NCBI RefSeq assembly: GCF_000270205.1
Contig: NC_015913.1
Span: 960,001-992,000 of the forward strand
Direction: 5' to 3'
Source of the DNA: Candidatus Arthromitus sp. SFB-mouse-Japan
GTDB taxonomy: Bacteria; Bacillota; Clostridia; Clostridiales; Clostridiaceae
Length of the DNA stretch: 32,000 bases
The notes under the pieces were generated by a model. That model had not been told where the DNA came from. It ran no database searches and saw only the letters and a list, made by a program, of their open reading frames with translations. A program made the position numbers and the translations under genes. Positions 25,392 through 32,000 of this stretch are shown in pieces (the stretch's first letter is position 1; each line of letters begins with the position of its first letter).

Positions 25392-26742
25392 TCCTTAATC
25401 TTTCTATTCTTTTCTCAATCATCTCACGGACATGTTTCTTTTCAAAATCATCTTTAATATTATCAATAAGTTTATCTACCTTATTCCTAATCTCATCATC
25501 ACCATAATCAAGTGCATATTCTACCAAGCTCATCAATGCATTGGGCTCACAAACATTCTGTATTTGTCCAGTTTTAGCAAGACTCATAAATCTTTCCCCA
25601 GTTCTACCTTTTCTATAACAAGCAGTACAATAACTTGGAATATATCCATCATTAACAAGACCTTTTAATACTTCAAGAGGACTTCTATCATCACATGTCT
25701 CAAATTGATTAACACTTTTCCTATCTTCTTTTTCTTTATATCCTCCAACTCCTGTCACAGACCCTGCACTAATCTGAGAAACCCCATATCTTAAAAGTTC
25801 TCTTCTCATCTCTTGATTTTCTCGAGTAGACAAGATTATCCCAGTAAAAGGAACAGCTATTCTTATAATTGCTACAATCTTTTTAAAAGTTTCATCATCT
25901 AAAACATTTGGAAAATCCTCTAAATTCATACCTTCTGCCTTCTTAAGACGTGGGACAGAAATTGTATGGAATCCTACATTGAACTTTTCTTCCAAATGCT
26001 CATTATGCAACATAAGTGCCAAAACCTCAAATTTAGGATCAGCTAAACCAAATAAAACACCTGCTCCAACATCATCAATTCCAGCCTCCATAGCCCTATC
26101 AAATGAAGTTAAATGATAATTATAGTCTCCTTTTATTGATTTAGGATGCATCTTTTCATAAGTTGGCTTATGATAAGTTTCTTGAAACAATATATAAGTA
26201 CCTATATTAGCATTCTTCAATTTTCTATAATTTTCAACAGTGGTTGCTGCAATATTTACATTAATACGTCTAATTTCTCCATTATCATTTTGAGTTTTAT
26301 AAATCGTATCAATACATTCCAGAATATAATCAATTGGAACATTCACAGGATCTTCTCCAACTTCAAGTGCAAGTCTTTTATGACCCATGCTTTCCAAAAT
26401 CTTAACCTCATTTTTAATTTCTTCTTGAGTTAATTTCCTTCTTTCAAATTTATTATCTCTTCTATAACCACAATATAAGCAATTATTGATACAATGATTG
26501 CTAACATACAAAGGAGCAAACATAACTATTCTCTTTCCATAAATAGATTCTTTTATCTCTCCCGCAATTTTATAAATACTATCTAATTGATCTTTATCTT
26601 CAAGCTGAAGCAATATCGCAACATCTTTATGATTAAGACCTTCCTTATTTTTAGCCTTATTAATTACAACTTGTACATCCTCTTTCGATACAAGTCTACT
26701 CTCATCCAAAATTTTTTCAATATAATCATGATCAATAAACAT
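25366..26742 (-). CDS. hydG: [FeFe]-hydrogenase maturase HydG (radical SAM tyrosine lyase)
   Basis: 458 aa. Radical SAM CINNCLYCGY. C-terminal auxiliary cluster motif CTACYRKGRTGERF...VCEPN. Confidence 0.9.
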   Translation of the reverse strand: MFIDHDYIEKILDESRLVSKEDVQVVINKAKNKEGLNHKDVAILLQLEDKDQLDSIYKIAGEIKESIYGKRIVMFAPLYVSNHCINNCLYCGYRRDNKFERRKLTQEEIKNEVKILESMGHKRLALEVGEDPVNVPIDYILECIDTIYKTQNDNGEIRRINVNIAATTVENYRKLKNANIGTYILFQETYHKPTYEKMHPKSIKGDYNYHLTSFDRAMEAGIDDVGAGVLFGLADPKFEVLALMLHNEHLEEKFNVGFHTISVPRLKKAEGMNLEDFPNVLDDETFKKIVAIIRIAVPFTGIILSTRENQEMRRELLRYGVSQISAGSVTGVGGYKEKEDRKSVNQFETCDDRSPLEVLKGLVNDGYIPSYCTACYRKGRTGERFMSLAKTGQIQNVCEPNALMSLVEYALDYGDDEIRNKVDKLIDNIKDDFEKKHVREMIEKRIERLRNGERDLYV

Positions 26743-26760
26743 AAATACCCCCCTTATAAA

Positions 26761-27870
26761 TTAAAATCCAAGTATACTATTTATAGAAACTTGCTGTTCA
26801 TCATATTGCTTAACATCAGGATTATCCTGACTCCACTTAACATTATCACCTCGAGTCACAGCGATTTCAAAACCTGCATTATTCATCCTTCTCTCTATAC
26901 ATTTTCTACACTCTGCGGCCTCGTCACCAGTACAAATTTTACCATCATAAAGAGCATATTTTTCTCTAACATTAGTAGGAGACAAATTTGGCATAACAAC
27001 ATTGCCACCTGCCTTTATACCTTTTTCCCTTCCCATCTTATCAATACTCCCAAGAGCTGTTGTTGCAGGTAATAAAACATTAGGCAAAAGAAGTCTAACA
27101 AGTGCAAGCATAATAACAGTATCTTCCAAAGTTCCAGCAGTATACCCACCAAGAGATGTTTCCTTCTGAGGTATAAAAGGACCAATACCACACATATGGG
27201 GTTCAATTTCCTTAACGAATCTCAAATCTTTAACCAAATCTTTCTTCGTTTGCCTAGGTAATCCAACCATAAATCCAGCACCAAATTGATACCCTATCTC
27301 CTTGAGATTATAAAGACATTTTATCCTATCTCCAAAAACCTCCCCTGGATGAAGCCACTCATACAATTCTTTTGAAGCCGTTTCATGCCTTAACAAGTAT
27401 CTATCTGCTCCAGCATCAAACATCTTCTTATAAGAATCATAACTTCTCTCACCTAAAGATAAAGTTATAGCGTTATTAGGAAACATTTTCTTAATTCCTT
27501 TTATGATTTCAATCATCCTGTCATCAGTAAAATAAGGATCTTCACCTCCCTGCAACACATAAGTCTTATAACCAAGCCTATCTCCAATAATTGCACATTC
27601 CATTATCTGATCATAAGTAAGTCTATACCTATCTGCCTTTTTGTTTTTTCCCTGTATACCACAATACTCACAATTTTTCTTACAATAATTAGTAAACTCA
27701 ATAAGACCTCTCATAAAAACTTTATTTCCATAAGTTCTCATTCTAGTTTCATGTGACTTCTCTATTAAGTATTCCTGACTATCTTCGTCAATATTTTCTA
27801 AGATATATAAAAGTTTATCGTCTGACAAATCATTGAATTTGAACAATTCATCAATATATTCTTTTATCAC
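26761..27870 (-). CDS. hydE: [FeFe]-hydrogenase maturase HydE (radical SAM)
   Basis: 369 aa. Radical SAM CKKNCEYCGI, BioB-like fold motifs (YVLQGGEDP), and context upstream of hydG-hydF. GTG start with a GGAGAG SD. Confidence 0.85.
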   Translation of the reverse strand: MIKEYIDELFKFNDLSDDKLLYILENIDEDSQEYLIEKSHETRMRTYGNKVFMRGLIEFTNYCKKNCEYCGIQGKNKKADRYRLTYDQIMECAIIGDRLGYKTYVLQGGEDPYFTDDRMIEIIKGIKKMFPNNAITLSLGERSYDSYKKMFDAGADRYLLRHETASKELYEWLHPGEVFGDRIKCLYNLKEIGYQFGAGFMVGLPRQTKKDLVKDLRFVKEIEPHMCGIGPFIPQKETSLGGYTAGTLEDTVIMLALVRLLLPNVLLPATTALGSIDKMGREKGIKAGGNVVMPNLSPTNVREKYALYDGKICTGDEAAECRKCIERRMNNAGFEIAVTRGDNVKWSQDNPDVKQYDEQQVSINSILGF

Positions 27871-27905
27871 AACAACTCTCCTTAAAATAAAATATTATAA
27901 ATTCA

Positions 27906-27934
27906 ATTATACATAATATAAAGTATCGCTTGAA
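27906..27934 (-). promoter_or_regulatory. Candidate promoter of hydE-hydG-hydF (TTCAAG-17 nt-TATAAT)
   Basis: On the minus strand, -35 is at 27934-27929 and -10 TATAAT at 27911-27906, preceded by TG. It lies about 35 nt upstream of the hydE GTG. The -35 is weak. Confidence 0.35.
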
Positions 27935-27962
27935 TAAAAATAAAGGTTATCATAAGATAACC
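27933..27962 (-). terminator. Rho-independent terminator after ychF
   Basis: The minus strand reads GGTTATC-TTAT-GATAACC followed by TTTATTTTTATT, 15 nt after the ychF stop. Confidence 0.6.
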
Positions 27963-27976
27963 CCAAAAAATTTAAA

Positions 27977-29071
27977 TTAAACATTAAACCTAAAATTTAT
28001 GATGTCCCCATCTCTAACTACATATTCTTTCCCTTCTAAACGATAATATCCCTTTTCTTTAGCAGCAACCTCACTCTTACACTCAATCATTTTATCATAA
28101 GATATAACTTCTGCACGTATAAACCCACGTTCAATATCTGAGTGAATTTTACCTGCTGCTTGAGGTGCCTTAGTTCCTTCAGTTATAGTCCAAGCTCTTA
28201 CTTCCTGAACTCCAGCAGTTAAATAACTTATAAGACCAAGCAAACTATAACTCTTAACAATTAATTGATCCAACCCCGATTCTTTAATATCATACTCTTC
28301 CATCATTTGAGATCTATCATCTTCATCAAGCGAAGACAACTCCTCCTCAAATTTCGCACAAAGAGTAATTGCTTCAGATTTTTCATTCAAAGCAAATTCC
28401 TTGACTTTCTTAACCATATCATTTTCTATCTTATTAATAAATTCATCTTCAGATATATTACAAGCATAAAGAGTCTTCTTGCTGGTTATCAAAAAATACT
28501 TCTTAACCCTTTCCTCTTCCTCTTTGGTCAAATCCATACTTCTAACCATTTTACCTTGTTCTAAGTGAACCTTAACTCTTTCCAAAATATCAAGCTCTAT
28601 TTTGGAATCTTTATCTCCAGATCTTGCTAACTTTATGATCTTATCTATTCTTCTCTGAACGATTTCCAAATCAGACAAAATTAACTCCAAATTTATAATT
28701 TCTATATCATCTAATGGATCAACTTGACCATTAACATGAACGATATTGCTATCTTCAAAACATCTTACAACATGAACTATTGCCTCAACTTCACGAATAT
28801 GGGATAAAAATTTATTTCCAAGTCCCTCTCCTTGACTAGCTCCCTTAACTAATCCAGCAATATCATAAAATTCAATTGAAGCGTAAACCTTTTTCTTAGT
28901 ATCATATATCTTTTCTAATTCATCCAACCTATTATCAGGCACTGTAACAATACCTACATTAGGCTCTATAGTACAAAATGGATAATTAGCAGATTCTGCT
29001 CCTGCCTTAGTGATAGCATTAAACAAAGTGCTTTTACCAACGTTTGGTAAACCAACAATACCTAATTTCAT
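27977..29071 (-). CDS. ychF: Ribosome-binding ATPase YchF (Obg-like GTPase family)
   Basis: 364 aa. The N-terminus MKLGIVGLPNVGKSTLFNAIT and the C-terminal TGS-like segment RAWTI..GTKAPQAAGKIHSDIERGFIRAEV are near-invariant YchF sequences. Confidence 0.95.
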   Translation of the reverse strand: MKLGIVGLPNVGKSTLFNAITKAGAESANYPFCTIEPNVGIVTVPDNRLDELEKIYDTKKKVYASIEFYDIAGLVKGASQGEGLGNKFLSHIREVEAIVHVVRCFEDSNIVHVNGQVDPLDDIEIINLELILSDLEIVQRRIDKIIKLARSGDKDSKIELDILERVKVHLEQGKMVRSMDLTKEEEERVKKYFLITSKKTLYACNISEDEFINKIENDMVKKVKEFALNEKSEAITLCAKFEEELSSLDEDDRSQMMEEYDIKESGLDQLIVKSYSLLGLISYLTAGVQEVRAWTITEGTKAPQAAGKIHSDIERGFIRAEVISYDKMIECKSEVAAKEKGYYRLEGKEYVVRDGDIINFRFNV

Positions 29072-29183
29072 AAAAAACTACCTTTCTACATTAATTTTTA
29101 ACATATATTTACACTTATTTATCAAATTAAATAAAGACATACTAAAACAATAAAATTTAAATTTATTAAATGGAGGATTTAAA

Positions 29184-29993
29184 ATGAAAAAAAATATTAT
29201 CACTTCATTTCTAATATTAACCAGTTTAATATCAACAAATTTCATTCATATAAAAACCAAAACATCATATAGTATCACAGCTAACTGTTCAAATTTAAAC
29301 CCAAGTACTCAGGAACTAGACTGGTACATAGTCCCAAATAAAGAACATATATCTCCTGAACCAAATAAAAACGCTATACCTATATTAAATAATTTCTCAG
29401 GCTACTATTTAGGAGACACTGAAAAGAAAATACTCTATCTAACATTCGATGAGGGATATGAAAATGGCTATACATCTAAAATACTTGATATATTAAAAAA
29501 TCAAAATGTACCAGCTGCATTTTTTGTTGTAAAACCTTATATTAAAACAAATAAAGATCTAATATTAAGAATGATGAATGAAGGTCACTTAGTATGTAAT
29601 CACTCCTCCTCACATCCCTCAATGGCAAAAGTAACAGACCCTGAAAAATTTAAAAAAGAATTTACAGATGTAGAAGAAGAATACAAAAAAATAACAAATA
29701 CTGATATGCCTAAATATTTTCGGCCACCTATGGGCAAATTTAGTGAATATTCTATGAAACTTACAAATGATCTTGGATATAAAAGTATATTTTGGAGTTT
29801 AGCTTACAAAGATTTTGATGTTAAAAACCAACCATCAAAAGAAATGGCTAAAGATAAAATTTTAAGTAGAATACACAACGGATCTATAATCCTATTACAT
29901 GCAGTATCAAAAACTAATACTGAAATATTGGAAGAAATAATACTTGAATTAAAATCTCAAGGATACGAATTTAGACCTCTAACAGATTTCTAA
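29184..29993 (+). CDS. pdaA: Polysaccharide deacetylase, PdaA-like (delta-lactam-biosynthetic de-N-acetylase family), secreted
   Basis: 269 aa with an N-terminal signal sequence. YYLGDTEKKILYLTFDEGYENGYTSKILDILKNQNVPAAFFVV...GHLVCNHSSSHP...YFRPPMGKFS...LLHAV is closely colinear with my recollection of B. subtilis PdaA (NodB/CE4 fold). Confidence 0.8.
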   Translation: MKKNIITSFLILTSLISTNFIHIKTKTSYSITANCSNLNPSTQELDWYIVPNKEHISPEPNKNAIPILNNFSGYYLGDTEKKILYLTFDEGYENGYTSKILDILKNQNVPAAFFVVKPYIKTNKDLILRMMNEGHLVCNHSSSHPSMAKVTDPEKFKKEFTDVEEEYKKITNTDMPKYFRPPMGKFSEYSMKLTNDLGYKSIFWSLAYKDFDVKNQPSKEMAKDKILSRIHNGSIILLHAVSKTNTEILEEIILELKSQGYEFRPLTDF

Positions 29994-29994
29994 T

Positions 29995-31227
29995 TCAAGA
30001 TTCATCTTTAACATATCCCATAATTAACCAAAATGCAATTCCAATTAAGCTTGGCGTATACAATAATACAGACTCAAACATACCTATGAATAAAAAACTC
30101 AATACAGCAGAATATAAAACTATATAATTAAATTTATCAATATTTTTTTTAAGTATCGTATACACCTTAACAAGATAGACAGATATAAATGAAACAAAGA
30201 GAATCAACGCTATAATACCATAAGATAGCAAAATATCAAGAAAAGTATTATGAGTTCCACCTTCTCTGACCCCAGACAAAAATCTTATAGTACTGTTAGC
30301 TAAAATATTTATCGAATCCGTCTTAGAATATCCGAACAAAATATTATCTTTGACTATAGATAATACTTGCTCCCAAATTTCATACCTTCCATTTAATAAC
30401 CTGATCAGTAAATCATTATTAATCAATAGATAAACAGAAAACAAACAACACACTATAAAAAACAATATAACTATCCACTTATTTTTAAACGTTATAGCTG
30501 TAAAAACAAAACAAAATACCAAAAACGCAATAACAGCACTACGTGCACTAACTAAAAATAGCATTATAATCGACAATATAATATTAATTATAGCTATCTT
30601 CTTAAACAGAATATCTTTGTAATAATTCAAAAAAATAAATGAAAATACAATTCCTATAAAACAAATTATCCCCAAAATATTTTCATTATCATAAATACCT
30701 GTAAAAGAACCATCAAAATGGAATCCATAAACCTTATTTAAAACAAACCTAACCCTAAATATGTAAAAAATTATACTAAATATGTGAGATATAAAACAAA
30801 TACCCAATATAACTGAAGAAAGTATTTTTAATTTTATATCCTTATTTTTGATAAGTACATTAAAAAATATAAAAAATTGAAACATTCCTAATAAAATAAA
30901 CTTTATTTCATTAACATATTCACTCATACTATATGAATTTAAATACATCGTAACGACTGTAGATAATAAGAACAAAATAAAAATACAATTATAAAAACTA
31001 AATTCAAACTTGTTTTTATATATATCATAAACAAACATCAAAATAAATACCGCATAAAATAAATAATTTAACCCACTTATAAGATAAGATAATTCACCAA
31101 TTATACTGATATAGGAAAAATTAAATATCAAATATGCCAATGTAATATAAAATTTAATCATATCAAAATCTAATTTAAGTCTGTTCCCTACTGGCTGTAA
31201 AATTTTTGATTCTAACCACTTAAACAC
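29995..31227 (-). CDS. O-antigen ligase/polymerase (Wzy/O-antigen-ligase-like) polytopic membrane protein
   Basis: 410 aa with about 10-12 hydrophobic helices. It has one larger loop with SARSA and HNTFLDILLSYG-type segments, as seen in O-antigen ligase family proteins. It is adjacent to a glycosyltransferase. The assignment is by architecture only. Confidence 0.55.
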   Translation of the reverse strand: MFKWLESKILQPVGNRLKLDFDMIKFYITLAYLIFNFSYISIIGELSYLISGLNYLFYAVFILMFVYDIYKNKFEFSFYNCIFILFLLSTVVTMYLNSYSMSEYVNEIKFILLGMFQFFIFFNVLIKNKDIKLKILSSVILGICFISHIFSIIFYIFRVRFVLNKVYGFHFDGSFTGIYDNENILGIICFIGIVFSFIFLNYYKDILFKKIAIINIILSIIMLFLVSARSAVIAFLVFCFVFTAITFKNKWIVILFFIVCCLFSVYLLINNDLLIRLLNGRYEIWEQVLSIVKDNILFGYSKTDSINILANSTIRFLSGVREGGTHNTFLDILLSYGIIALILFVSFISVYLVKVYTILKKNIDKFNYIVLYSAVLSFLFIGMFESVLLYTPSLIGIAFWLIMGYVKDES

Positions 31228-32000
31228 GTTACATACACGTCCTTTAATTTATCTATGATAATGCTTTTCTCAAAATTATTTAAGAAATAACTGCGTATAG
31301 TTGTATATTTATACTTATTAATATTAAGAATCATTTCTACTATAGCCTTAGATAAATTATCCTTGCTATTTGTATCTACCAATATACCCACATCATCTAT
31401 AATAATATCCTCAGCCCCTCCATTTTTTACTCCTATAACCGGTTTGCCACAAGCTAAAGCTTCTATATATACCACACCAAAGGTTTCATAAGAAGATGCC
31501 AAAATAAATGCATCACACTTATTCATATAAAATACAACTTCATCCCTATTAAGAATTCCCAAAAATTTAACATAATTGCATAGTTTTTTATCAATAATCT
31601 TTTTCTCTAACTCATTTCTTAAATATCCATCTCCACCTATTTCCAATACGAAATCATATCCCTTACCGATCAGATATTCACAAGAATCTATTAAATTTTC
31701 AAAACCTTTACCCTTAACTAAAAACCCTAATGTAAAAAAGGTAAATTTAAAATTAGACCTTATTCCTGTAACAATATTAAACTTGTTGCCATCAATAAAA
31801 TTATGTATAACACTTATATCATTACCCACAAACTCTTTCAATTCCCTCTTCAAAGAATTACTAACGCTTATCAATTTGTCAGCATTGTTATATGCATCAT
31901 AAATATATTTCAAATAACTTCTTTTAATCTTATTGGAATAATTTATACCTGTATGTTCAGTCAAAACATATGGTATATTAAATTTTTTCTTAATATATGG
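31212..32000 (-). CDS. Glycosyltransferase family 4 (GT-B), C-terminal part; the gene continues past the window end
   Basis: The open frame extends to 32000 (PYIKKKFNIPYVLTEHTGINY...), so the track's TTG at 31964 is internal. The C-terminal Rossmann motif is FILASSYETFGVVYIEALACGKPVIGVKNGGAEDII (EX7E-type). It overlaps the downstream gene by 16 nt. Confidence 0.8.
   Translation of the reverse strand, partial: PYIKKKFNIPYVLTEHTGINYSNKIKRSYLKYIYDAYNNADKLISVSNSLKRELKEFVGNDISVIHNFIDGNKFNIVTGIRSNFKFTFFTLGFLVKGKGFENLIDSCEYLIGKGYDFVLEIGGDGYLRNELEKKIIDKKLCNYVKFLGILNRDEVVFYMNKCDAFILASSYETFGVVYIEALACGKPVIGVKNGGAEDIIIDDVGILVDTNSKDNLSKAIVEMILNINKYKYTTIRSYFLNNFEKSIIIDKLKDVYVTCLSG

Noticed and set aside
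1759-27206. Same-strand alternative-frame track ORFs nested in genes: 1759-1956, 5056-5262, 9377-9592, 12160-12378, 15814-16023, 27015-27206.
   Set aside because: Each is fully or largely contained in a longer ORF with clear family motifs. None has recognisable features, so I treat them as frame-shifted noise.
372-31902. Antisense track ORFs inside annotated genes: 372-767, 1017-1280, 2052-2327, 4615-4809, 5802-6011, 6795-7025, 9625-9933, 10549-10767, 10728-10955, 18428-18613, 18857-19201, 21380-21580, 21794-22027, 22811-23062, 23664-23888, 25432-25668, 26146-26433, 26587-27072, 28265-28564, 31576-31902.
   Set aside because: All lie opposite strongly supported genes. They translate to Ile/Phe/Leu/Asn/Lys/Ser-rich low-complexity strings typical of the antisense strand of AT-rich coding DNA, and they lack SD sequences.
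1-32000. CRISPR arrays, rRNA genes, IS elements, toxin-antitoxin or known defence cassettes.
   Set aside because: I saw no regularly spaced direct repeats, no rRNA-like sequence, no terminal inverted repeats flanking a transposase, and no small bicistronic TA-like pairs. The only exact repeats found are the 20-bp tandem duplication and the hydA/hydF palindrome.

Overview
This is a chromosomal segment of a low-GC (roughly 28-30% by eye) anaerobic Firmicute. I infer a Clostridia/Tissierellia-like organism from gene content (SepF/YlmH/DivIVA, a PASTA-domain PBP, [FeFe]-hydrogenase). Layout: (i) 1-11.9 kb, minus strand: the 5' part of an rluD-like gene, then a compact dcw operon rsmH-ftsL-PBP-murE-murF-mraY-ftsW-ftsQ-sepF-ylmH-divIVA. 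The operon has its own TTGAAG-17-TATAAT promoter and a terminator after divIVA. mraZ, murD, murG, ftsA and ftsZ are not in the cluster. (ii) 12.0-14.5 kb: a translationally coupled M16 peptidase pair, one with and one without HxxEH. (iii) 14.55-14.73 kb: a tRNA with a UCA anticodon and tRNA-Sec architecture, behind a perfect TTGACA-17-TATAAT promoter. (iv) 14.8-18.35 kb: the only accessory-looking region. It holds five paralogous copies of an uncharacterised signal-peptide protein family: two intact, one with an in-frame TGA plus a lost ATG, one broken by a perfect 20-bp tandem duplication, and one short relic. (v) 18.4-21.9 kb: a heterodimeric ABC exporter with one degenerate ATP site. (vi) 22.4-27.9 kb: hydA convergent with hydE-hydG-hydF; hydA and hydF overlap stop-to-stop inside a perfect 38-bp palindrome. 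(vii) 28-32 kb: ychF, a PdaA-like deacetylase, an O-antigen-ligase/Wzy-like membrane protein, and a GT4 glycosyltransferase that runs off the window. I saw no CRISPR array, integrase, transposase or recognisable defence gene. All family calls rest on motif recognition by eye; no database search was possible.
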